Source: Gammaproteobacteria bacterium
Lineage (GTDB): Bacteria; Pseudomonadota; Gammaproteobacteria; UBA6429; Thiohalophilaceae
DNA: 64,000 nt
Direction of reading: 5' to 3'
Assembly: GCA_016194635.1 (NCBI GenBank)
Contig: JACQBC010000018.1
Coordinates: 2,784-66,783, forward strand
Translations under genes and position numbers: made by a program
Shown: positions 1 through 9,136 of the stretch, piece by piece
Layout: the number at the start of each line of letters is the position of its first letter
Numbering within the stretch: the stretch's first letter is position 1
Notes under the pieces: generated by a model
Databases searched by the model: none
What the model was told of the DNA's origin: nothing
The model's input: the letters and a program-made list of their open reading frames with translations, nothing else

Positions 1-152
1 CTTCGATATATTGCCTGTACTAAAATCATCCTGAAAGATCACGGCGGCTGAGACAGGCGAAGTGGCCAGTAGTACAGCGGCGGGAAAAAGAACCCTCTTC
101 AAAAAATCCGCACGAACATAACTTTTCATGTTCACACCAGTATTGGTTCTCA

Positions 153-578
153 TTAAAAACTCCTTACTAACACAGCCGATGTTGGGCTCTCAACATTGTC
201 CGCATCATACGCGCTCACCGTAATATAGTACGTACCCGCTGCAAGCTGGGTGAACGTGTACTGGGTGACAGATCGGTCCGTGAGTACTATTTTATTGGTT
301 ATGTCGTTGGCCGATACGCCATAGCGAATGATGTAACCTGCGATCTCAGCCATGGAGGCACTGCTCCCATCGATCCTGGTCGTTGGGACTGCCCAGGAGA
401 CACAGCGTGATGATGCTCCTGTTCCACAACCCCCACCACCTGTCACTGGTAGCGTACTGCCGCTGCTACCACCACCTCCGCCACAAGCCGTGAGTGTTAG
501 GACAAAGATAATGTACGCGAGCGTTGATACGCGGGTGGGTAATTTTCTGGATGTCATTTTCATTGGAACCTCCACCAC
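153..578 (-). CDS. Lipoprotein with fibronectin type III-like domain
   Basis: Lipobox-like LTLTAC followed by a Gly-rich linker. The C-terminal YYITVSAYDADNVESPTSA motif is typical of FN3 domains. The likely start is an internal Met (MKMTSRK). Confidence 0.55.
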   Translation of the reverse strand: MVEVPMKMTSRKLPTRVSTLAYIIFVLTLTACGGGGGSSGSTLPVTGGGGCGTGASSRCVSWAVPTTRIDGSSASMAEIAGYIIRYGVSANDITNKIVLTDRSVTQYTFTQLAAGTYYITVSAYDADNVESPTSAVLVRSF

Positions 579-649
579 TCTTCATGGAAAACTGCAATTG
601 TTAGCGGCCTTATTTAGAAGCCGCCATTGAAGCCAACACGGCGCGCTAG

Positions 650-940
650 AGACCCGCACGCCAAACATTAACTCCAGAGAACGATTTCCCTTTATTAAAG
701 GCGCGCCCGATCGTATCGACGGTGCGAACGCCAAACCATGCGCTGAAGAATCTTGCCATTTGGCGTGGTTTGCCGCAGGCGGCCGCCCGTGACAACGGGC
801 CGGAGTTCTTAGCACCGGTGTTCGTAGTCCGGTGTCACAAACTCGCTATCGAGATCCGTTATATTTATATTTTTGGTGATCTCGATGAGATCCATGATGT
901 GACGCATCGCTTCGCGATTGATTATAACGAGTAGCGTCCA
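650..940 (+). pseudogene. IS3-family transposase (OrfB/rve) C-terminal remnant
   Basis: Translation contains DNGPEF (rve core) and WRIDYNE-like ...FAIDYNE C-terminal motifs. It is truncated, with no intact upstream part and no terminal repeats. It lies at the boundary of a lower-GC region. Confidence 0.6.
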
Positions 941-1242
941 TCCGATGTATCGCTTGTAATAAATTGCCACATGTTGTTCGATCCGCAAGAAGTGGTGTTG
1001 TGTTCTGCGGTTATGATGTAGAAGGAGGCCGCATCGTGACCAGAATGAACAGTTGCTACCGTGTAGGGTGCGGTCCATGTTCCCGCAATGGCATCGGCTC
1101 CGATAAAGAAAAAACTAAATGTCGCAATGAGCGATCCCAATCCTAACTTCTTTAGCGTCTTCTTCAACGTTAATGTTATGCCTGCTGCAAGATTGGCAAT
1201 AGAAAATAAAGACATCGCGGTAACGGCAATTGAGCGCTTCAT
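922..1242 (-). CDS. Hypothetical small secreted/membrane protein
   Basis: N-terminal hydrophobic signal-like segment followed by a second hydrophobic stretch. No recognisable domain. AT-richer than the core. Confidence 0.4.
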   Translation of the reverse strand: MKRSIAVTAMSLFSIANLAAGITLTLKKTLKKLGLGSLIATFSFFFIGADAIAGTWTAPYTVATVHSGHDAASFYIITAEHNTTSCGSNNMWQFITSDTSDGRYSL

Positions 1243-1316
1243 AATTTATCTCCAATACAAATTAATTAGACCAGAGAAAGAGTGAGCTGACCCACGCTTC
1301 ACTCTCCACAGAACTA

Positions 1317-1649
1317 TCACGGATCCAAGCCAAAACTATTTATTACGCAATTGCCAGGCGTGGTAGCGCTATCGTAGTAAACATACATATTCCGGTTGCT
1401 CAATTTAGCAGCCATCACCGTTGCGTAAGACCGGTTTTTATCGTCGGTATTGCTGTTCGCAGGCAAGCTAAGTCCACCGTTAACACAAGGCGAACCCATA
1501 AACCACGCGACCACCGTGCCCGGAATATAATTCTGCAGCCGCCACGAGCTTGGGTTGGCGCTCAGAAAGATGTCGTTCGCCTTGGCGACGAAGGGGATGA
1601 CCGATATCGATATCGCCATCATCAAACCAAATGTGCGCACTGTAGTCAT
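1317..1649 (-). CDS. Small secreted protein, paralog of 1712..2047
   Basis: Strong RBS (GGAGAGGG) before an internal Met. Signal peptide MTTVRTFGLMMAISISVIPFVAKA. Mature region of about 85 aa with 2 Cys. It shares the pattern A..AAKLS(x)..V.....P..C.N with the neighbouring gene. Confidence 0.6.
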   Translation of the reverse strand: MTTVRTFGLMMAISISVIPFVAKANDIFLSANPSSWRLQNYIPGTVVAWFMGSPCVNGGLSLPANSNTDDKNRSYATVMAAKLSNRNMYVYYDSATTPGNCVINSFGLDP

Positions 1650-1711
1650 CAACCCTCTCCTCTCTCTATTGAATAGTGAACGAATGTGTGCTGAAGGCCG
1701 CGACACAACGC

Positions 1712-2047
1712 TTACTCAATGTAAATACCGTACCCATTACACTGGGTTCCGGGCCCGCCTGGTTGGGTAAAATCTATCCGCACTGTTTTTCCTGACAGTT
1801 TTGCCGCCACGGCAATGGCAAGAGTTTTACCCACCTCACCCGGATTTATAAAATAGATCCCATTATTTAGACATCCATTAGGATTTGGCGAAAGGCCGAT
1901 ATAGGCTTGACTTCCGTTACCTTCTGCTCCGGTTAACGTTACGGTAATACCGTTCTGTGAAAGAGCATAAGCAGGCGCGCACAAGGCTGCATATCCCACC
2001 AATAGAAAACGCGTTATATCTCTAATGCGGCGCCTTGTTTTGTTCAT
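1712..2047 (-). CDS. Small secreted protein, paralog of 1317..1649
   Basis: Signal peptide (RRRIRDITRFLLVGYAALCAPAYA), mature region of about 85 aa with 2 Cys. Motif AIAVAAKLSGKTVRIDF..C.GYG is shared with the neighbour. The ATGA overlap with the upstream 36-aa ORF suggests translational coupling. Confidence 0.6.
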   Translation of the reverse strand: MNKTRRRIRDITRFLLVGYAALCAPAYALSQNGITVTLTGAEGNGSQAYIGLSPNPNGCLNNGIYFINPGEVGKTLAIAVAAKLSGKTVRIDFTQPGGPGTQCNGYGIYIE

Positions 2048-2154
2048 ACAGTTAGCTCCAATTGAGTAATCTGCCCAGCGCTATTACCGGCATGGGCGGT
2101 AAAGCAGAGCATCGCGAATAATTCGAAAATCAATACTTGCAGTATCTTGGTCAT
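2044..2154 (-). CDS. 36-aa ORF consisting of a signal peptide plus a 14-aa tail
   Basis: Good RBS (AGGGAA) 7 nt before the ATG. MTKILQVLIFELFAMLCFTAHA then GNSAGQITQLELTV, then a stop overlapping the next start (ATGA). Confidence 0.35.
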   Translation of the reverse strand: MTKILQVLIFELFAMLCFTAHAGNSAGQITQLELTV

Positions 2155-2392
2155 TTCGTTTTCCCTAAATAAATATCGTTGTGTCGTGACCGTCTCAATA
2201 AACACTTGATACGCTTTCCTTGGTTGATCGTATGCAAACCCCACATCGTGTGCATAAGCGGTAAGCGCGCGCCAAGATCACAGCGCTGATTAGCGTGCCG
2301 CAGAGCTTCCATTTTATGTCTCCTCTATCTGAGAATATTGTTTCCAGTCCAAGTCGCACGGGGTTTGAGGTATATAGCCTCCATATCGCTTC

Positions 2393-3994
2393 CTACTGGA
2401 TAACAAACTTAAATTGCTTCGTTAATGGCGCGGTTAGTAAGACAGGTGTCCCCGCGCCATCTTTGTATGTAATTTGGAATTTCGGGTTGGGACCGAAGCC
2501 GATACAGCCCAGCCTATTAAGGCATGTGCATCCTGCCAGAGGTGCAGAGAGTGTGTGGGTCTCGGCGCCAAGTGTAGGTGTAAGAGAAACGGTTTTGATT
2601 GTGTTACCGGGTGGCGAGTCTAAGTTACCGATTGCCTGACCATCTAGTGTCATGTTCCCTGTTGTGCAAAGCCATGTGTTTGCCACGGTGTCAAAATTCA
2701 TCGTCATGTTTACTGATCGGCTCTGAAAACTCGGCCCACAAGTGGATCCTGCCAGGTTGTTACAGTCGAGGCAAAGCTTCCATAATGTGTTGGTATCTGC
2801 GTTTCCTGTTACCGTCGCCAAGAGATTGGTGGTTCCAAGCTTTGACGAATCGAATGTGAACGTATAGGAGTGGTAGCCGCCAACAAGCCCGTTTGTGCTC
2901 GCAAGGTTAACGCCATTTGCAGATAGCACGAGGCCATCCGGGATCGAATACGCTTCGAAGTTCGCCGTTACGGACTGTGTCCCCTGGCCAATGGCTAAGA
3001 TAAATGGGCTTGTACCACTAGAGCCAGCGCTATGGATTGGCGCACCGCACGCGGTTGGCGGTGGCGGATTACAGTTCGCGCCATTTGCATTAATCTGATT
3101 CGCCACCGTCTCGATTTCAGTCACCACGCGATTACCGAACGGCAGCATGTACGACGCCACAAAGTTGTGATGTGCCGGATCTGTCGAGGCGATACCCGGC
3201 GGCACCACAAGGGTGGATGTCGCCGGCAGAATAAACGCGCCTCCCGCGAAACTCGTTCGCGCAATAAGATTGATCGCGACATCGTCCGGCCGGGTTAGAT
3301 AGGTCCCGCTGACCGCCGTCACCGGAACGCTATTCACCGTACCCGCAGGCGTACCGGCGACGAAGGTCGCGGGTGTGGCAACACCCACAATGCCGATGCA
3401 ACCCACCAAGTCGGAATTTTTGGCGATGAGACCGTTGACGATCTGGTTGGCAAAGAAATTTCCCTGTGAATGCGCCACGAGGATGGTTTTCTTTCTGCGC
3501 GGGGCGTTGGGGGGGGTGGAAAAAATCTCCACCTTGCCGATCATTCTCGCCAGGTCGGGCGTGAGCACAAAAGACTTTTCATCGAAACTGGAAACGATCT
3601 TTTGCACCACCGGGTCGGTCGCAATGGCATCGCTCGCGCTCATGTTTCCGCGCATGATCGACCAAAGCCGTGTGTAGAAATCGCGCGCGCCTTGTAACTC
3701 TGCCTGACGAGCCGTCTCTACGACGTCGCGCCCGAAACCCTCGGACTGGTTGTAGAGGACATCGACATTCGCGAACGTGATGTTGGAATAGCGAGCCAGT
3801 TGTTCTTTCAGCACTCGGGTGCTGTTGAGGACTTCCAGCGGATCGTTGTCGATCCCATTGATGTAGTAGATGTTAAAGTCATCGAGCGGTGCGGCCTTCA
3901 CCGCGACGGTGCACAACAGCAAGGCGACAAGACACGTCGGCATGACTAACCGATTGATTCCCATCTTCCTTCCCATCGAAACGTTGTGGTACAT
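2393..3994 (-). CDS. Secreted lipase/esterase (alpha/beta hydrolase) with a C-terminal domain of unknown function
   Basis: Sec signal peptide. Nucleophile-elbow motif LVAHSQGNFF (G/A-H-S-x-G) in an N-terminal domain of about 300 aa. The C-terminal domain of about 200 aa is Cys- and Gly/Thr/Asn-rich, probably a beta-sandwich. Confidence 0.65.
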   Translation of the reverse strand: MYHNVSMGRKMGINRLVMPTCLVALLLCTVAVKAAPLDDFNIYYINGIDNDPLEVLNSTRVLKEQLARYSNITFANVDVLYNQSEGFGRDVVETARQAELQGARDFYTRLWSIMRGNMSASDAIATDPVVQKIVSSFDEKSFVLTPDLARMIGKVEIFSTPPNAPRRKKTILVAHSQGNFFANQIVNGLIAKNSDLVGCIGIVGVATPATFVAGTPAGTVNSVPVTAVSGTYLTRPDDVAINLIARTSFAGGAFILPATSTLVVPPGIASTDPAHHNFVASYMLPFGNRVVTEIETVANQINANGANCNPPPPTACGAPIHSAGSSGTSPFILAIGQGTQSVTANFEAYSIPDGLVLSANGVNLASTNGLVGGYHSYTFTFDSSKLGTTNLLATVTGNADTNTLWKLCLDCNNLAGSTCGPSFQSRSVNMTMNFDTVANTWLCTTGNMTLDGQAIGNLDSPPGNTIKTVSLTPTLGAETHTLSAPLAGCTCLNRLGCIGFGPNPKFQITYKDGAGTPVLLTAPLTKQFKFVIQ

Positions 3995-4006
3995 GGCTGA
4001 TGGTCC

Positions 4007-4558
4007 TTATGGGCAGACAAACTGGGTGGGTACGTTTACGGTTTCGATCGCGGTAAGCGCAGCAAGATAAGCGAGGCTGCGCTCGTAGGTGTTCGACAAA
4101 TACGGGACCAAGTCCGCGCTGCGCGCGTCGGCGCCGACGGTCCGTTCCAGGCAGAACTGCATCTGCGTTAACCGCGTGTAGTCAGCGACAACCGTGGCCA
4201 CTGAGGCGCTGTTGAGCAGCACGGATTGATAGGCCTTGGCGGCTTCATTCATATACGCTTGCGCCAGAGGGTTATTGGGGTAGAGTTGCACAATCCGCCG
4301 TTCGAGGTCGTCGCGCACACCGTTATTGTTGGAATCAACTCCCGCGAGTGTCGCCGAGCCCGCGGCACCGGGATCCGGCGGAACGTTCACCAGCACTGGA
4401 ATAACGATGTTCAAGTCGTCGTCGATGGGAATCGGAATGTACGCAACCGTGGGAACGCCGCTCTGCGCAGGCAGCGCGGGATGGGGATAGCCGACTGCGA
4501 GAACGATGACTATCAGGCTGCCGATCCAGATACTAGAGTTAACGTGTGATCCGTTCAT
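4007..4558 (-). CDS. Hypothetical secreted protein
   Basis: RBS AGAGGGG, N-terminal hydrophobic signal, no recognisable domain. Two Cys near the C-terminus. Confidence 0.5.
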   Translation of the reverse strand: MNGSHVNSSIWIGSLIVIVLAVGYPHPALPAQSGVPTVAYIPIPIDDDLNIVIPVLVNVPPDPGAAGSATLAGVDSNNNGVRDDLERRIVQLYPNNPLAQAYMNEAAKAYQSVLLNSASVATVVADYTRLTQMQFCLERTVGADARSADLVPYLSNTYERSLAYLAALTAIETVNVPTQFVCP

Positions 4559-4613
4559 TGGAGTACCCCTCTTAAATTTCGTTTTTACAACTAATTGGCA
4601 ATCGCCACAGACT

Positions 4614-4955
4614 TTAATTATTCATAAATAGAGATTGAATTTTTGTTCCCCAGCCCGTGCAACCACTATTGACCACTTCGACCTGTACTGCCTTGCTGGC
4701 TGCAAAGGCAGTTAAGGCTGCTGCATACACTTCCTTACCTCCGCCAAAGCAAAGATCAATCTGAAATACATTGGTATTGCATGCCAATGTTTGGTCAACT
4801 GCGATATAGACAACTCCGCATGAGGCACCTTGAGTGTTATAGGGGCGGATCTGAGTAATATGCACAGGCGCCGTCGTTGGATCAGCCAGCGCTGTGAAAC
4901 TGCTGAAGACTAATGAAAGGACTATAAATGTGATTCCTGAAACGATCTTTTTCAT
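4614..4955 (-). CDS. Small Cys-containing secreted protein
   Basis: RBS GGGGGA. Signal peptide MKKIVSGITFIVLSLVFSSFTALA. Mature region of about 90 aa with 5 Cys. Confidence 0.55.
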   Translation of the reverse strand: MKKIVSGITFIVLSLVFSSFTALADPTTAPVHITQIRPYNTQGASCGVVYIAVDQTLACNTNVFQIDLCFGGGKEVYAAALTAFAASKAVQVEVVNSGCTGWGTKIQSLFMNN

Positions 4956-5017
4956 ACATTTTCCCCCTTGAATACCAAAGAACCATTCGTCGTTCATCGA
5001 ACGTCGGTTTAAAGACG

Positions 5018-5269
5018 CTACCTAGATGAGACCGTATTGTTTACATCTTCAGCATCGTTACCCATTAAGTTGCAAGTATTAGCTCCGAGTACCGTCAATG
5101 GCCTTCCGGCAAACTGACTCGCAAGCCCCATGCCGTTTAATATTACCGAGCCAGCACCGATAGCCTGCATTAATTTATGCTGAGCTTTCGCCAGCACTGT
5201 GCTTTCCTTGGGCTCACCGGCGGAGCGAGGTATTAGCAATAACGCTACCAAATACTTTAATATTTTCAT
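5018..5269 (-). CDS. Small Gly-rich secreted protein/peptide
   Basis: Strong RBS GGGAGGG. N-terminal hydrophobic leader. Mature region of about 60 aa, Gly/Ala-rich with one Cys. Confidence 0.45.
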   Translation of the reverse strand: MKILKYLVALLLIPRSAGEPKESTVLAKAQHKLMQAIGAGSVILNGMGLASQFAGRPLTVLGANTCNLMGNDAEDVNNTVSSR

Positions 5270-5502
5270 GAACCCTCCCTGTGGGTTTATTTAGGACTGT
5301 ATCGCTTTGTCTATCGGTGTTATGCCGCTTGCTGTTGAACGTGCTTCTCAGCTGTCCGTCGAATCCATCGACCGCAAGTCTCGTGATATGGATATAAAGC
5401 TATTCTGAATTTTTATCTTTCACAACGATCTTGAAGTACAGGGGGTATGATTCGAGGTACTAGTACTCTGGCGGTACTAATGCAATCCATAATATTTACG
5501 GT

Positions 5503-5970
5503 ATGAAAATACTACTTGCCGACGATCATGCCTTGGTGCGCGAAGGATTTAAGCACGTGCTGCAACTCATCGGGGGGCAGCCCGTGGAGGTCCTTGAAGC
5601 AACCGACTATCCTCAGGTTTTTGGGGTACTAAAAACATGGCACGATATTGAACTCGTCGTGTTGGATCTGAACATGCCCGGAATGCCCTTTTTGGATGGC
5701 GTGCGAAAGATTCGCGCGGACTATCCGACTATTCCCTTAGTCGTGTTATCCGCGACCGAAGAACCGGGGATTGTCGGGAAGGCCATGGGTTATGGGATCA
5801 ACGGTTATCTCTTATGCGCAGGAAAAACCAACAAGCAGATTGCTCGCACACTCAACATCACCGAGCGCACCGTCAAGTCGCATGTAACTTCGGTTTTGCA
5901 AACTCTGCGGGTTGGCAATCATAGAGAGGCGGCGCAACAGGCCGTGGAGCTCAATTTCTCGGTGGAGTAA
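5503..5970 (+). CDS. Two-component response regulator, NarL/LuxR family (compact)
   Basis: REC domain with phospho-acceptor Asp (VVLDLNMPG) and a C-terminal LuxR-type HTH (TERTVKSHVTSVLQTL). Only 155 aa, so the first HTH helix appears to be missing. The 3' end overlaps the kinase gene convergently. Confidence 0.8.
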   Translation: MKILLADDHALVREGFKHVLQLIGGQPVEVLEATDYPQVFGVLKTWHDIELVVLDLNMPGMPFLDGVRKIRADYPTIPLVVLSATEEPGIVGKAMGYGINGYLLCAGKTNKQIARTLNITERTVKSHVTSVLQTLRVGNHREAAQQAVELNFSVE

Positions 5971-7762
5971 TAGTTGTGCGATCTTCACCAGGCACGGCGT
6001 CCTGCTGAAGCAAGTGATGCAAGGTCGCACGCAATCGCGCGGCGGACACGGGCTTAAACAACACGGGGTAGCCACTGGCTTGGACGTCTTGCAGTTTTTC
6101 AACCTCGGTATCTCCCGTGATGATGACCGCCGGTATGTCTCGATTAAACACGCTGCATAAATGATCCAGCGTCTCAACACCTGAGTTGTTATCACGCAGC
6201 CGGTAATCGACGATAACCGCATCCGGCACCTCTCCACTGCCTTGGATCAACCTAATGGCGTCCTCGCTCGATTCGGCCAGCTGGATGCGACAACCCCAAG
6301 CACTCAATAATGCTTGCGTCGCGACTCGAACACTCAGGTCATCATCAATCAGCATCACCAGAAAATTACCGGGGCGACCGAACCTAACACCAGGCTCGGC
6401 TATTTCCACCGCCGCCACTCGGCGTTGGTCACCGAATGGCACGTCGATAGCGAAGGTCGAGCCCATCCCAGGCTTAGAACGCAACTCAATGGGATGGTCT
6501 AACAATCGCGCTAACCGCTCTACGATGGACAATCCCAAACCAAGTCCCTTGTTTCGGTCGCGCTCGGGATTATCAAGCTGGTAATATTCTTGGAAGATTA
6601 TCTTCTGCTTTTCTTCTGGAATACCTGAACCGCTATCGCGCACTTCGATGCGCAAAACGTTTTTTCGGTAGCGACAAACCACCATCACCGCGCCGGTTGA
6701 CGTGTACCGAATCGCGTTATCCACCAGATTTTTGAGTATGCGAATTAACAATGCCGGGTCGGATCGCACTATCTGCTTTGAAGATATGATCCTTAATTCA
6801 ATATTCTTTTCCAAAACGACCGGCGCGTATTCAACGGTAAGCGGCGCCAATAATCGATCAATGGGAAAATCCATGATTTCGGGTAATATCACCCCGGCGT
6901 CGAGTTTGGAGATGTCCAGTAATGCATTCAACATGCTACTCTGAATGTCCATGGACAACTGTAATTTTTCGAGAATGTCGATATACGTACTGTTTTGCAA
7001 CTGCATACGCAAGGTACCCACGAACAGATTCTGTGCGTGTAGCGGCTGGCGCAGGTCATGACTTGCGGCGGCCAAAAAACGTGACTTGGCCATATTGGCT
7101 TGCTCGGCGATGACTTTCTGCTGGCCTAGGCTTTCTGCCAAATAACTAGTTTGAAAGCGTAGCGTAATAGTTTCTAACATTGCGCGATGCAACACCGCAT
7201 AACCACGTAGAATAGCTAAATAATATACCAGCAATATGAGCCCCAAGCCCAACTCAAAATTCTTATTCCACTGCACATCCTTAGCATGCCAAAACACGTT
7301 GGCCATCAGGGGCAGCAACAACGGGGTTAAGTTGACGAGGAAAATAGGTTTATAGGAAACCGAGTTAATCATCATGACTGCGGTATACGCACAAAGGAAA
7401 ACCGCAAGTATTAACTGATATTCGTGTGAATCTGGCAGGAAAAAAATAACGCCTATCGATCCCCATACCACGGCGGCAATTCCTGACACGAGAGTGAATC
7501 GAAAACCCCAGATATCCGTCTCGTGATCGGCTGGTTGCACGCGCCGATATAAAACGAATACGGTGGTAAACAAGACGACATGCATAAACGTGGCCGCGAT
7601 AACCCAATATAAAACTCGGTTATCCTGAAACGTATCGCGAAACAGAAATGCCAAAATCCATGCCGCTAGGGTCCCGCCGACGACGCCGCCGGGGATCTGT
7701 CGCGCCATGGTGCGCAATTGATCTGCGCGAATTTTCCATTGAAATACGTTGTCGTCAATCAT
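5951..7762 (-). CDS. Hybrid sensor histidine kinase (membrane sensor domain + HisKA + HATPase + C-terminal REC)
   Basis: H-box AAASHDLRQPLHA, G-boxes DSGSGIP/GLGLGLSIV, C-terminal receiver (LIDDDLSV...VDYRLRD). N-terminal region of about 230 aa is polytopic membrane. Start chosen at MIDDNVF, which has RBS GAGGGG. A longer ORF extends to 8077. Confidence 0.8.
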   Translation of the reverse strand: MIDDNVFQWKIRADQLRTMARQIPGGVVGGTLAAWILAFLFRDTFQDNRVLYWVIAATFMHVVLFTTVFVLYRRVQPADHETDIWGFRFTLVSGIAAVVWGSIGVIFFLPDSHEYQLILAVFLCAYTAVMMINSVSYKPIFLVNLTPLLLPLMANVFWHAKDVQWNKNFELGLGLILLVYYLAILRGYAVLHRAMLETITLRFQTSYLAESLGQQKVIAEQANMAKSRFLAAASHDLRQPLHAQNLFVGTLRMQLQNSTYIDILEKLQLSMDIQSSMLNALLDISKLDAGVILPEIMDFPIDRLLAPLTVEYAPVVLEKNIELRIISSKQIVRSDPALLIRILKNLVDNAIRYTSTGAVMVVCRYRKNVLRIEVRDSGSGIPEEKQKIIFQEYYQLDNPERDRNKGLGLGLSIVERLARLLDHPIELRSKPGMGSTFAIDVPFGDQRRVAAVEIAEPGVRFGRPGNFLVMLIDDDLSVRVATQALLSAWGCRIQLAESSEDAIRLIQGSGEVPDAVIVDYRLRDNNSGVETLDHLCSVFNRDIPAVIITGDTEVEKLQDVQASGYPVLFKPVSAARLRATLHHLLQQDAVPGEDRTTITPPRN

Positions 7763-8540
7763 CTTCCCCTCTACTTTTGAACAAGCTATGCTACTGCTTA
7801 AATCGATCTCCTTGAACTCGTCTCCCCAGCCTCCTATCTTGTCACCATACAAAAGACCCCGCGGCCCATTTATTCTAAACGATATGCGGATCAGCTTGTT
7901 GCGCTTTATCGCTATGTTCCACCGCATAGCCGACAGGTGAATAACAAACAAGGCACGTGATAAAAGCTGATTCACAGCTTGATAGTTTTCTACCGGCTCA
8001 TGAAAACTGACTTGATATTTTGCTGCTGGTATCGCCGGCAAACCAAACACCAACCCCGGGGCGCGGGTGGATCGCAACCGCTGACACAGTGTCAGTATTT
8101 CTTGTCTCGCAGAAATAACTCTGGTGCCGAACCTCCATGCGTGCTTTCATCAGTGGCAGTCATCATCCATACAATCTTAAGATAAGCATAATCGAGCGCC
8201 TCCATCAAGTAATGGTGGTTGTCCATATGAAGCTGTCTTTCGCATCACCGAGATATTGGCATTTCATTTAATCACCATGAATACGCTTGTTCTCATATTA
8301 TCAGATTTTATTTGCTCAACGCTGTCCAATCTTGACCGCTTCTGCGCATGCCGCTTTCAAACCGGCTGCAGGATCGTTCGTCGGTAGGGTTGGTTGATAA
8401 CGTACGGTGACGATATTCGTGATACCGATGAAGCATAACCAAGGATCGGAGTAGGTCGAATGATAGTCGACGCCGATAGTATATTATGGCAACGGCGACC
8501 ACCGTTTTGGCGGTCGCCGGTGAACGAATGCAACTGAGAT

Positions 8541-9017
8541 TTAATGTGCTACGGGTAAATAATCGAACTTATCACCTTGGTGAATAAAGAAAATGCATTC
8601 GGTCGTGGAAATACATTTAGTCACATGCGGCTTGCCGCCCGGCTGAAACCAGTAAGAACCAGGAGGAAGTGGTATGTCCTTGTCGCCAACGGCCGAGTTA
8701 ACGCCCACACCCGTGATCACGACGCCGAAGTAAGCTTGCGTGTGTGTGTGAATTGCGCTAACGAAACCCGCCGGCATTTTAATGAAGGTCCCGTGTTCGC
8801 CTTTTGATAAATCGCCGAACGCAGGTGCAGCCTGTAAGGTACCGGTACCGTTTGGCGCAGTCACCCCCGTTGAGCCCCAATGGAGTTCGGTTACCGGCAT
8901 ATTGATATTGAGTTGGGTCGGATCAGATGGGATTTTGTCCGGTGCTGCGATAGCGCCGTCAGCGAAGGTGAGTACTGTGATTACTGCCGTTAGACAAGCG
9001 GTATGAATTGATTGCAT
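8541..9017 (-). CDS. Secreted cupin-domain protein
   Basis: Signal peptide, then a cupin fold with His-containing motif AIHTHTQ. A hairpin lies just downstream. Confidence 0.6.
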   Translation of the reverse strand: MQSIHTACLTAVITVLTFADGAIAAPDKIPSDPTQLNINMPVTELHWGSTGVTAPNGTGTLQAAPAFGDLSKGEHGTFIKMPAGFVSAIHTHTQAYFGVVITGVGVNSAVGDKDIPLPPGSYWFQPGGKPHVTKCISTTECIFFIHQGDKFDYLPVAH

Positions 9018-9136
9018 GGTTTACCTCATTAATTGTTAACCGCAAACGACACCATATCGCCTGCAGCTTGGTTGGATGAAACTTACTCTCTCGAAAATCT
9101 GTAAGGCCAAAGTGAACTGCAACTAAGGAGATTCGA

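Noticed and set aside
2044-2244. Reading the 66-aa ORF plus 1712..2047 as one frameshifted gene
   Set aside because: Both parts have their own RBS-like sequence and their own complete signal peptide. A fusion would give two signal peptides in series, so they are kept separate.
1317-4955. Calling the small secreted proteins AB5-toxin B subunits with the lipase as A subunit
   Set aside because: The resemblance is only a loose recalled motif pattern. No catalytic-subunit A2 linker or pentamer signature was verified, so it is kept as a hypothesis in the findings and not annotated.
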